A DNA stretch of 64,000 bases from Candidatus Woesearchaeota archaeon (lineage in GTDB: Archaea; Nanobdellota; Nanobdellia; Woesearchaeales; JAZDKJ01): NCBI GenBank assembly GCA_043803105.1, contig JAZDKJ010000006.1:364222-428221 (forward strand), given 5' to 3'. The translations under genes were made by a program, and so were the position numbers. Positions 1 to 8,204 of this stretch are shown here, piece after piece. How positions within the stretch are numbered: the stretch's first letter is position 1; every line of letters starts with the position of its first letter. The notes under the pieces were generated by a model that saw only the letters and a list, made by a program, of their open reading frames with translations, made no database searches and was not told where the DNA came from.

Positions 1-738
1 CTCAAGAACTGTCCTTAGGTTTGTTCCTGCAGTGATTATTATGAACTCCGCACCCCTTTTTACTGGAAGCACCTGCCTTATGCCTTTTACTCCCTTGATA
101 TATGCCTCCTTTACCTTCTCTTTTATCTTGTATACCTCGTTCAGGTTCTCGTTCTTTTTCTTGGCTTTGACAATTATTCCGTCTTTTGCAGCCTTGACTG
201 TTCCTTCCTTTAGGCTTTTCTCAAGTACTTTTGTGACCATGCCAAGGTTTAGTCCAAGAATCGACATTTTTTCCTTGCTAAGTTTCACTTCTATTGTTGA
301 TTCTATGACATTGATTAGGAACTCCGATGCTATGTCCTTTAATTTTGTCTCTTTAAGTGAAAGCGCCAGCTCTCTTATGTCCTTGCCCTTGTTGTATGGT
401 GGTTTCAGATAGACTTCCATCATCGGCGTATCAAGCTCTTTTCTTCCGTCGAGAATCTCAATTATTCTTGGCAGGCCCATTGTGACGTTCATCTCTGCAA
501 CTCCAGCAAAGTGGAAGGTGTTGAGTGTCATCTGGGTTCCAGGTTCTCCAATCGACTCAGCCGCAATGATGCCCACGCATTCTCCTGCGTGAATCTTGGA
601 CTGCTCGTACTCCTGGTAAGTGCGCTCCACAATTTTCTTGATCCGTGCCTCGCTTGCGCCTCGCGGCATTTTCTCTTCCAGTTCCTGCAATATCTTTGGT
701 GGAAGTTTTCCGACATATCTTTTTAGTATTGGGTTCAT
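1..738 (-). CDS. rpoA2: DNA-directed RNA polymerase subunit A'' (partial, runs off window start)
   Basis: Minus-strand frame from the ATG at 738 reads [26 protein letters not shown]...[20 protein letters not shown]. The GE(A/C)[12 protein letters not shown] motif is diagnostic of RpoA''. It starts 3 nt after the rpoA' stop. The ORF track omits it because it has no stop inside the window. Confidence 0.85.
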   Translation of the reverse strand, partial: MNPILKRYVGKLPPKILQELEEKMPRGASEARIKKIVERTYQEYEQSKIHAGECVGIIAAESIGEPGTQMTLNTFHFAGVAEMNVTMGLPRIIEILDGRKELDTPMMEVYLKPPYNKGKDIRELALSLKETKLKDIASEFLINVIESTIEVKLSKEKMSILGLNLGMVTKVLEKSLKEGTVKAAKDGIIVKAKKKNENLNEVYKIKEKVKEAYIKGVKGIRQVLPVKRGAEFIIITAGTNLRTVLE

Positions 739-740
739 TT

Positions 741-3380
741 TCAGGTGTTGTCTATTATGCTCTGGACGTTTAACTTACCTCCCTCTGATTTTGATACGTC
801 CATGCTGTCTTCTCCGTAAAGGAATTGTATGATCTTTCCTGAAGCATCCCGCACAGTGTTGTCATACTCCACCTTCAGGTCCTGCATCGCGTTTGCCAGC
901 CTTCTATAGAGGTATCCTGATTTTGGGGTCCTCAATGCTGTGTCCATGAGTGAATCCCTTCCGGTCATTGAGCCGAAGAAGAATTCTGCTGGGCTTAGCC
1001 CTTTCTTGAATCCATCCCTGATAAATCCGTGCGCGCTTGATCCCAGATCTCCTTTCTTGAAGTGGCTGATAGTCCTTCCCTGGTAGCCCTTGTCAATCCT
1101 CTTTCCCCTCATTGCCTGCTGGCCTACGCATGCTGCCATCTGGGCAAGGTTTAGGGGCGTACCGCGTGCTCCTGATTCTGCCATGATTATCGTGTGAGTT
1201 TTCTTGTCAGCGAATTCTGCCACTATCTCTCCTGTCCTGTTCCTGGTCTTGTTGAGTAGCTCCAATATCTTCAATTCAAGCGTCTCTTTGAGAGTCCTCC
1301 CTGGGAATGTCTCCAGTTTTCCGTCGCGATAGAGCGCAATCAATTGATTTACGTCCTCATCTGCCTTGTTGAGTTCTTGCTCTATCATCTGCCTTGCGTT
1401 CTCTGGCAGGTCAGTATCTGATATTGCAGTTGTGAATCCTCGCTTTGAAAGGACTGCTATTCCAAGCCTGAAGATGTTTTCAAGGATCTTTATTGTCTCA
1501 TAAGGTCCATACTTCTTATGGAATTTCCTGAGCAAGAGTCCTGATCCCTCGCCAAGATTGCTTCTGTCCATCACTCCCTTTGTTAGCTGCCCTTTGCGTA
1601 TCGTAACAACGTTGCTTCCATCCAGGTCTTTGGACTTTGATTTTCCGTCAAAATCGAAGTCATCCGGTAAGAGCACTGAGAACATCTCTTTTCCTGTCAC
1701 CTTTTGCCTGCTTGGTAGCTTCGAGAGGTCTGAGATGCCAATTGAAATCATTAGCTCAACCGCTTGCGTTCTTGGCATTTCCATGAATTTTGTGAGTAGA
1801 TAATTGCCTGAGATTGAGTCCTGGATGCAGCCTATCACAGATAGCCCGTATCTTGGGCTTATGAGCTGGGTCGGGACTGACATAAGTATCTCTGCCTCAG
1901 CCCTTGCTTCCTCTGTCTGAGGTATGTGGAGGTTCATTTCGTCTCCGTCAAAGTCTGCGTTGTATGGATGGCACACTGCTGGATTCAGCCTAAGCGTCTT
2001 TCCAGGCAAGACCCTGACTTGATGGCACATCATGCTCATCCTGTGCAGGCTTGGCTGCCTGTTGAATATTGCGACGTCCCCATCAAGAAGATGCCTTTCA
2101 ACAGAATAACCTGGCTGAAGTTCTTCCAGGCTTGCTTCTTTTGTCTCGTCTGTAATTTTCTTTTTCTTGCCGTCAGGCCTTATGATATAGTTTGCTCCAG
2201 GATATGTTCCGGGGCCCCTCTCTACAAATTTCTTGAGGTAGGCCATATTCCAAGAGTTTACGATTTCAGGCACTGTGAGTTTCATTGCTATTTCCTTTGG
2301 CACCCCGACCTCGCTTAAGTTTAGCATTGGGTCTGGGCTGATCACTGTCCTTGCGCAGAAGTTTGTTCTCTTTCCTGCAAGGTTATGTCGTATCCTTCCT
2401 TCCTTGCTCTTGATTCGCTCAGTGATTGTCTTGAGCGGCTGTCCGCTTCGATGCCTTGCCGGTGGCAATTGTGCTATGTTATTGTCAAAGAATGTGGTGA
2501 CATGGTATTGAAGCAGGTCCCATAGGTCCTCGATAATTATTTCTGGTGCTCCTGCATTTATGTTTTCGAACAGTCTCTGATTGATTCTGACAATGTCTCC
2601 CAATTTGTGTGTGAGATCGTCTTCAGAGCGCTCTCCAGACTCCAGAGTGATTGAGGGTCTCATCGTGACTGGTGGTATTGGCAGGAGTGTTAGCACCATC
2701 CATTCTGGTCTTACAGCCTTGGGATTTATTCCGAAAAGGTCAGCATCATCATCGGGAATCCTCTCCAATCTTGTCCTTACCTCTATCGGATTCAGCCTTC
2801 GCTCGTTTTCCATGAAGGTTGTTGGTTTCTCGAGCAAAACCTTGTGTTGTCGTGCCTTGCAATAAGGGCACTTGTTTGCTGTCTTTAGGCTGTTCACAAT
2901 TTCTTTGATGGCCTTTCTGCGTCCCTCTACGCCAGATTCCTTTTCCACTTTCGCGAGCTGGTCTTGGTAGTATTCAATCTTGTTTTTTGGGATAAGAACT
3001 CTTCCGCAATCCCTGCATGTGCACTTGAGGAGCGTTAGAATCACTCCCACAAACTTCACGTGCATTATCGGCCTTGCAAGTTCTATATAACCGAAGTGTC
3101 CTATGCACTCCTTTAATTTTGATCCGCATGTCTTGCACTTGAGTCCTGGATCAATGACTCCTAGCCTGATATCCATTAGCCCACCGTCAACAGGATAACC
3201 CTCCTTGTCATAAAGCTCAGGCGTGACTATCTTTGCCGAGGCCATCTGCTTTACCATCTTTGGGCTTAGCACTCCAAATACTATGCTGCTTACCTGCTTG
3301 TAAATATATTGCACAGGCTCTTCAGCTAGTTCCACGACCTCTTTTGTTAGTTCAGCTGCTGCTGGTGTTTCGTCTGCCAT
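741..3380 (-). CDS. rpoA1: DNA-directed RNA polymerase subunit A'
   Basis: 879-aa ORF with a zinc-binding N-terminus ([16 protein letters not shown]) and the [10 protein letters not shown] catalytic motif. Confidence 0.95.
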   Translation of the reverse strand: MADETPAAAELTKEVVELAEEPVQYIYKQVSSIVFGVLSPKMVKQMASAKIVTPELYDKEGYPVDGGLMDIRLGVIDPGLKCKTCGSKLKECIGHFGYIELARPIMHVKFVGVILTLLKCTCRDCGRVLIPKNKIEYYQDQLAKVEKESGVEGRRKAIKEIVNSLKTANKCPYCKARQHKVLLEKPTTFMENERRLNPIEVRTRLERIPDDDADLFGINPKAVRPEWMVLTLLPIPPVTMRPSITLESGERSEDDLTHKLGDIVRINQRLFENINAGAPEIIIEDLWDLLQYHVTTFFDNNIAQLPPARHRSGQPLKTITERIKSKEGRIRHNLAGKRTNFCARTVISPDPMLNLSEVGVPKEIAMKLTVPEIVNSWNMAYLKKFVERGPGTYPGANYIIRPDGKKKKITDETKEASLEELQPGYSVERHLLDGDVAIFNRQPSLHRMSMMCHQVRVLPGKTLRLNPAVCHPYNADFDGDEMNLHIPQTEEARAEAEILMSVPTQLISPRYGLSVIGCIQDSISGNYLLTKFMEMPRTQAVELMISIGISDLSKLPSRQKVTGKEMFSVLLPDDFDFDGKSKSKDLDGSNVVTIRKGQLTKGVMDRSNLGEGSGLLLRKFHKKYGPYETIKILENIFRLGIAVLSKRGFTTAISDTDLPENARQMIEQELNKADEDVNQLIALYRDGKLETFPGRTLKETLELKILELLNKTRNRTGEIVAEFADKKTHTIIMAESGARGTPLNLAQMAACVGQQAMRGKRIDKGYQGRTISHFKKGDLGSSAHGFIRDGFKKGLSPAEFFFGSMTGRDSLMDTALRTPKSGYLYRRLANAMQDLKVEYDNTVRDASGKIIQFLYGEDSMDVSKSEGGKLNVQSIIDNT

Positions 3381-3384
3381 TTTC

Positions 3385-5187
3385 TCAATATTTGTTTTTC
3401 AATACAAGTTTAGGGTAGATGCATAGTGACTTGAATTCGTCGAGCATCAATTTGAACGCATAGCTCAATTCGATATTGTTTATCTCCACATTCTCTCCGC
3501 AGACAGGGCAGTACTTCTTGTCCTTGTATGCGTCGTATATTGCAATTATTCCGCAGTTCTCGCAGACTGGTACGACTGTCTTGTCTGAGTCGAACCTTTC
3601 TTTGAGGAGTAATGATGCTCCGTGAGCCACAAAGGTGTCCTTTTCCATTTCTCCAAGCCTTAGGCCTCCCTCTTTTGCTCTTCCCTCTGTTGGCTGTCTT
3701 GTGAGCAGTTGTATTGGTCCCCTTGCTCTCGAGTGTATCTTGTTTGCAACCATGTGCCTTAGCTTGAGATAATACATGTTACCGATGAATATCTTTGCCT
3801 CGAACCTCTCTCCAGTCTCCCCATTGTACATGGTCTCTGTCCCATTCTCCCTGAAGCCAAGCCCGAGCAACTCCTTTCTTATGTCTGACTCTTTTTCTGA
3901 GCTGAATGTTGTTCCGTCTACGTATCTTCCTGCCAGTGCTGCAGTTTTTCCTGCCACTAGCTCAAGCAGGTGCGCTATTGTCATTCTGCTCGGTATTCCG
4001 TGCGGTGAGAATAATAGGTCTGGCACTATTCCTGATGCGCTGAATGGCATGTCAGCATGAGGCACGATTAGTCCGATTACCCCCTTCTGTCCATGTCTTG
4101 ATGTGAACTTGTCGCCTATCTCGGGTATTCTCTGGTCTCTTACCCTTACCTGCATGAGTTTGTTTCCCTCTTCGTTTTCTGTTATCAATACAAAGTCCAC
4201 TATTCCCTGCTCACCGTGCTTTAACGCCACTGAGCTCTCCCTTCTTGTGTTTGACGCTAAGCTATACTCATCCATGCCTGAGAGGAATCTTGGTGGGCTG
4301 GTCTTTCCTATGACAACGTCCTCTTCCTTGACTGGCGCTTCAGGGTATACTATTCCGTCAGGCTCAAGGAGCCTATAATCTCTCTCGCTCTTATAGCCCT
4401 TTACATCTTTGTTTGGTATGCAGACATCGTCCATTAGTCCGCCCGAATACCTGAGCTCTTCCGTTATTGATGGTCGATAATATGTGCTTCTTCCCATGCC
4501 CCTGTCTATCGATCCCTTGTTGATTATAATCGCGTCTTCCATGTTATAGCCCTTGTAGCTCATAACCGCAACAACAAGGTTTTGTCCTGCAGGGTGCTTG
4601 TCGTAGTCAGATATTTCGTGGATTATTGATTGCACGAGTGGCATCTGTGGTGTGTGCAGGAGGCTCACGTCCATGTCCATCCTTATGTCAAAGTTGGCAG
4701 CGTACAACCCTATTGCCTGCTTTTGGTTCTTGCTTCCCATGTTCAGCCTTGCTCCCTGGGTAAAGTTACCGAAGGGCACAAGCGCAACTGTTAGTCCGCA
4801 CATTGCCAAGGGTGTTATCTCCAGGTGGGTGTGTTCTGCTGTTACGTCCTCTGGCGTGAAGGCAACAAGGGTGTTCTCTTCCTCCATTGCATCCAGGTAT
4901 TCTATTACTCCTTGCTCTACAAGTTCCTTCCAGCCTATCTCCCCTTTCTGCAGCTGCTTGATGTGTTTTTCAGTTATGAGCGCTACTCCGTCCTTTACCA
5001 CGATTAGCGGCCTTCTTACCCTGCCCCTAAGGCTTTCTATTCTTACCTCGTCGATTTTGTCATTGTAGTATACGTTTACTGAGTCTGAGAGGACTCCCTT
5101 TCTTCTCTCTGCCTTTACCTGCTTTACAAAGTCCTCAGGATTATCGATTGTTCCCACATATTTGCCATTCAAAAAAACTTCGCTCAT
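3385..5187 (-). CDS. rpoB1: DNA-directed RNA polymerase subunit B' (C-terminal half of split RpoB)
   Basis: 600 aa with GIVPDLLFSPHGIPSRMTIAHLLE and a C-terminal Zn motif CPVCGE. It overlaps the rpoB'' stop. Confidence 0.93.
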   Translation of the reverse strand: MSEVFLNGKYVGTIDNPEDFVKQVKAERRKGVLSDSVNVYYNDKIDEVRIESLRGRVRRPLIVVKDGVALITEKHIKQLQKGEIGWKELVEQGVIEYLDAMEEENTLVAFTPEDVTAEHTHLEITPLAMCGLTVALVPFGNFTQGARLNMGSKNQKQAIGLYAANFDIRMDMDVSLLHTPQMPLVQSIIHEISDYDKHPAGQNLVVAVMSYKGYNMEDAIIINKGSIDRGMGRSTYYRPSITEELRYSGGLMDDVCIPNKDVKGYKSERDYRLLEPDGIVYPEAPVKEEDVVIGKTSPPRFLSGMDEYSLASNTRRESSVALKHGEQGIVDFVLITENEEGNKLMQVRVRDQRIPEIGDKFTSRHGQKGVIGLIVPHADMPFSASGIVPDLLFSPHGIPSRMTIAHLLELVAGKTAALAGRYVDGTTFSSEKESDIRKELLGLGFRENGTETMYNGETGERFEAKIFIGNMYYLKLRHMVANKIHSRARGPIQLLTRQPTEGRAKEGGLRLGEMEKDTFVAHGASLLLKERFDSDKTVVPVCENCGIIAIYDAYKDKKYCPVCGENVEINNIELSYAFKLMLDEFKSLCIYPKLVLKNKY

Positions 5188-6671
5188 TTGATTACCTTCA
5201 GCCCCAAGCCTTTGAGTGCCTTGAGCACCTCTTCCTCGTTTGTGTCTGCCGAGACGCTTGCGAGTAGCGCAAGGTTCTTTCTTAACCCTATATTTGTTCC
5301 TTCAGGTGTCTCGATAGGGCATAGCCTTCCAAGGTGGGTGCTGTGCAGCTCCCTTGCCGCAAAGTTCTCCTGCGAGGCTGAGAGCGGGCTCACCACCCTT
5401 TGCAGGTGCGAGACTGTCTCCAGGAAGTTTAGCCTCTGAATTCTTTGGCTGATTCCCTTCCTGCCGCCTACCCAGGCTCCTGTTGCCATCGAGCTGTATA
5501 TCCTCTGGGTTAATAGCTTGTCCCTGATTATCACTTTGATGCTTGGGAATTTTCCCCTCTTTACTATTCTCTGGAAATTGTATAGTAGGTCTCCGATCAG
5601 CACTTTAAGGTTTACCCTGAATAGGTCTGCCAATAGGTCTCCTGAGCACTTGAGCCTCTTGTTCTTGTAGTGGTCCTTGTCGTCTTCCTCTACCTCTCCG
5701 TTTGACACAAGGATATATTTCTTGAGCATCTTGCAAAGGTTGTATGCTTTGTATATTCTCTCTTCTTTTTTCATTCCGATATGGGGCATCAGGTAGCGGT
5801 CAATTATCTCGGTTGTTCTTTCGATCCTGATTTCCTTTGCTTGTGTTATGCCTATCCTTTTTGCTATGAAGTCTAATGCGTCTTCACTCGTCTTTATATC
5901 TGCGAAGCTGTATAGGTTCACGACCACCTCATCGAATTGCCTCTCCTTGGATACTGACTTCATTATATCTTCATCGTTCAGGAGGCCAAGTGATTTTATG
6001 ACGATTATTAACGGAATTCTCTTAACTCTTGTAAAGGACAAATAGAAGATTCCATCCTTCATCTTTTCCAGTGTATGAGGTATCTTGTAATACCCATGCT
6101 CTGAGAATAGCTTGCCTGTGTATTCCGAAACCCCAATGTTTTGCTTCTCCACCAAAAGTTGGTTTGATGCGAGGTCTTCGACATCGATTAGTACCTTTTC
6201 TGTTCCGTTGATTATGAAATATCCTCCTGGGTCATCAGGGTCTTCACCCTTTTCTATAATCTCGTCCCTTGACATGTTGTGCAGGTGGCAAAACTTGCTC
6301 CTCAGCATGATTGGTATTGAGCCAACCTGGGTTACAAATGATTCTCTCTGCACATCATTGATATGGGCGCTTACCTCGATGAAGCATGGGCTTGCATAAG
6401 TTATCTTTCTTAGTCTTGCTTCAACAGGGTATATTGCCCTCCTTGAGCCGTCTGCTTCTGTTATCTCCGGCTTTGTGAGCCATATCTTGTCAAGCCTTAT
6501 CTTGAACTTGTCGACATTGCTTGGGATTATTGTGGGCTCTATATCTTTGTTTTCTTCTATAATCTTCTGCAGCTCGTGCTCTATAAAATAATTGTAGGAC
6601 TCTATGTCTGACTTTATGAGGGAATAGCTTTCAAAATATTTTTGTATCAGCAATTTTGCAGTGTTAACCAT
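5184..6671 (-). CDS. rpoB2: DNA-directed RNA polymerase subunit B'' (N-terminal half of split RpoB)
   Basis: 495 aa. Position and similarity match the RpoB N-terminal region. Forms an operon with rpoH and rpoB'. Confidence 0.9.
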   Translation of the reverse strand: MVNTAKLLIQKYFESYSLIKSDIESYNYFIEHELQKIIEENKDIEPTIIPSNVDKFKIRLDKIWLTKPEITEADGSRRAIYPVEARLRKITYASPCFIEVSAHINDVQRESFVTQVGSIPIMLRSKFCHLHNMSRDEIIEKGEDPDDPGGYFIINGTEKVLIDVEDLASNQLLVEKQNIGVSEYTGKLFSEHGYYKIPHTLEKMKDGIFYLSFTRVKRIPLIIVIKSLGLLNDEDIMKSVSKERQFDEVVVNLYSFADIKTSEDALDFIAKRIGITQAKEIRIERTTEIIDRYLMPHIGMKKEERIYKAYNLCKMLKKYILVSNGEVEEDDKDHYKNKRLKCSGDLLADLFRVNLKVLIGDLLYNFQRIVKRGKFPSIKVIIRDKLLTQRIYSSMATGAWVGGRKGISQRIQRLNFLETVSHLQRVVSPLSASQENFAARELHSTHLGRLCPIETPEGTNIGLRKNLALLASVSADTNEEEVLKALKGLGLKVIK

Positions 6672-6906
6672 TTATCGCACATCTGTAATAGTATGATTCT
6701 CCTGCAGTGCTGCTCTTTCGCGTTATCTTGACGACATCTCTCGGCTTTAGCTTTAGATCAATTACCGCAGGATCCTTGATAAGTAGTTTTGGTAGTTCGT
6801 TCTCAGTAATGTGGAAATGCTCGAGCAGCTGTTTTTTTTCAGCCTCGCTAAGTTTTTTATGCTTAGGCACAAGAATGTGTTTGCTTATGTTGAATGATGG
6901 CTTCAT
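6664..6906 (-). CDS. rpoH: DNA-directed RNA polymerase subunit H (Rpb5 homolog)
   Basis: MKPSFNISKHILVPKHKKLSEAEKKQLLEHF...VVKITRKSSTAGESYYYR. I trimmed the start to the internal Met because the longer ORF (to 6960) overlaps the tRNA-Lys 3' end. Confidence 0.85.
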   Translation of the reverse strand: MKPSFNISKHILVPKHKKLSEAEKKQLLEHFHITENELPKLLIKDPAVIDLKLKPRDVVKITRKSSTAGESYYYRCAING

Positions 6907-6917
6907 TTTAGATTGAA

Positions 6918-7044
6918 TGGGCCGGACGAGATTTTCTTTGTTTTTTTTTCCAAGTTGCATTCGAACTCGCGACCACCTGATTGCTTTGCAGCTTAAAAGT
7001 CAGGTGCTCTATTGCCCTTATACTCCAGGCTGAGCTACCGGCCC
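6918..7044 (-). tRNA. tRNA-Lys(UUU), apparently with three introns (D-loop, canonical 37/38, T-loop)
   Basis: Minus strand GGGCCGG-TA-GCTC-AGCCTGG[+14 nt]AGAGC-A-CCTGA-CTTTTA[12-nt intron]A-TCAGG-TGGTC-GCGAG-TTCGAAT[28-nt insertion]CTCGT-CCGGCCC-A. The acceptor, D, anticodon and T stems all pair perfectly or with a single GU. Confidence 0.6.
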
Positions 7045-7059
7045 ATCGTGATTGAAAAA

Positions 7060-7225
7060 CGCCCTGGTCGGGACTTCCAACAACAGACATGCCGTATGAC
7101 ATTTTCAGCTGATTTGAACCCGAGTCGAAGCCTTTTTGCGGTAGCAAACAGTAATTCAACCCTCCCTCTGGTTGAAAAGCCACCTCGACAGGGCTTCATG
7201 ATAGGCCAGACTACACTACCAGGGC
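7060..7225 (-). tRNA. tRNA-Asp(GUC), with a canonical intron (~52 nt) and a T-loop intron (~39 nt)
   Basis: GCCCTGG-TA-GTGT-AGTCTGGCCTATCAT-GAAGCC-CTGTCG[intron]A-GGCTTC-GAC-TCGGG-TTCAAAT[39 nt]CCCGA-CCAGGGC-G. The D-arm resembles archaeal tRNA-Asp/Glu. Confidence 0.6.
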
Positions 7226-7432
7226 TTTGACCTAGTTAAGCCTAATTTAAGCTTTCTAGCCACCAAGCAGTCCACATAGGTCTTCTTAAGCGCATAGAAA
7301 GATTGAATTGGCATGGCCCACCTATCTTCACACCTGTTTATAAAGCTTGTGGTTTTTTCCTGACTTATTCAGGTCTGCTTGAACTTTTGCTTGATTACTT
7401 TCAAATGTTCTGCTCGAATTAAAGCGAGAATA

Positions 7433-7559
7433 TCCCCGAGGCCGGAGTCGAACCAGCAACCTTTCGGTAACGGCTGAGTGTTTTTCACATTCTGCACTGA
7501 GTGCAATATCAAAACACTATCCCTACAGCCGAACGCTCTAGCCATTGAGCTACTCGGGG
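7433..7559 (-). tRNA. tRNA-Tyr(GUA), with a 54-nt canonical intron
   Basis: CCCCGAG-TA-GCTC-AATGGCTA-GAGC-G-TTCGG-CTGTAG[54-nt intron]A-CCGAA-AGGTT-GCTGG-TTCGACT-CCGGC-CTCGGGG-A. The T-arm is nearly identical to that of M. jannaschii tRNA-Tyr. Confidence 0.7.
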
Positions 7560-7563
7560 AAGC

Positions 7564-7632
7564 TTTTTTCCTTAGGAAAAAACCTTGGAAAATATGTTTT
7601 TGCCAAGGCAAAAACGCTGCCTTTAAGGCAGC
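7564..7632 (-). terminator. Three stable hairpins with T/A-rich flanks between the leader element and tRNA-Tyr
   Basis: Plus strand: CTTTTTTCC-TTA-GGAAAAAA at 7564-7582, GTTTTTGCC-AA-GGCAAAAAC at 7596-7615, and GCTGCC-TTTAA-GGCAGC at 7616-7632. Confidence 0.4.
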
Positions 7633-7636
7633 TAAA

Positions 7637-7680
7637 GTTGCGAGCTGACTTTTCAGCTCAGCTATTGAGCTACTCAGGGA
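7637..7680 (-). ncRNA. tRNA-Tyr leader element: copy of the tRNA-Tyr 5' end plus a conserved hairpin
   Basis: Minus strand CCCTGAGTAGCTCAATAGCT matches the tRNA-Tyr 5' end at 18 of 20 nt. It is followed by GAGCTGA-AAAG-TCAGCTC-GCAAC. A TATA box (TTTATAAAAAG, plus 7707-7717) lies ~30 nt upstream. Confidence 0.55.
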
Positions 7681-7777
7681 TAATTCAATGAATAACAAAC
7701 AAGGGTCTTTTTATAAACATTTCTTATCTCTGTGTGTGCTTCTTTCTTCGGAACGACTCAGAATTTTGCTATTGCTA

Positions 7778-8137
7778 TTAGTGTACAATTCTCATTTTTC
7801 CAGCCATGACTAAATTGTGCTCAATCTCTAGCTTGTTGAATCTTTTTTCCATCGCTAGGATCTTATCGACTTTTTGCTCTGTTTGCTCTACACCGTTCTT
7901 TATCTTACCTAATTTGTATGCTCCCCCGAGAATCGAAATGCCTCCTCCAAGATATGGTATCATCTCTACCCACACTGGAGAGCGCACAATTCCAAAAACC
8001 TTAAGCAGCGCCCACAGGAGTATTGCCAGTGCTCCTATGACAATCAGGGAATCCCAGAGGTCAAAACTTGCGTTGAAGAGTTTTTTTAGCTTTTGAATTG
8101 TCCTCATGCTGGCAGCAATAATAAAAAGGTCGTTCAT
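7778..8137 (-). CDS. small membrane protein (2 TM, coiled-coil C-terminus), hypothetical
   Basis: 119-aa ORF with a hydrophobic segment (LIVIGALAILLWALLKVFGIV), last gene of the surface-protein operon. Confidence 0.5.
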   Translation of the reverse strand: MNDLFIIAASMRTIQKLKKLFNASFDLWDSLIVIGALAILLWALLKVFGIVRSPVWVEMIPYLGGGISILGGAYKLGKIKNGVEQTEQKVDKILAMEKRFNKLEIEHNLVMAGKMRIVH

Positions 8138-8204
8138 AAACTTTTGTCTTCGATAAATCCAGATTGTATGAATGAGCCGTAAATCTTCCGAAAGTCACAA
8201 CATC

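Noticed and set aside
32-3418. Plus-strand ORFs of 60-130 aa (32-412, 511-726, 1558-1803, 1926-2318 and others) across the rpo operon
   Set aside because: They are antisense shadow ORFs inside well-supported minus-strand RNAP subunit genes, and show low complexity and no motifs. The same reasoning applies to most short ORFs in the track that are nested antisense in long conserved genes.
7600-7685. Second tRNA-Tyr gene, or a split or permuted tRNA half, upstream of tRNA-Tyr
   Set aside because: Only the first 20 nt match a tRNA. There is no anticodon or T-arm. The same architecture recurs upstream of other tRNAs with a conserved hairpin, so I reinterpret it as a leader element rather than a tRNA gene.
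6908-7698. Minus-strand ORFs 6908-7183 (91 aa) and 7369-7698 (109 aa)
   Set aside because: They overlap the tRNA-Lys, tRNA-Asp and tRNA-Tyr genes and the leader element. Their sequence is better explained as structured RNA.
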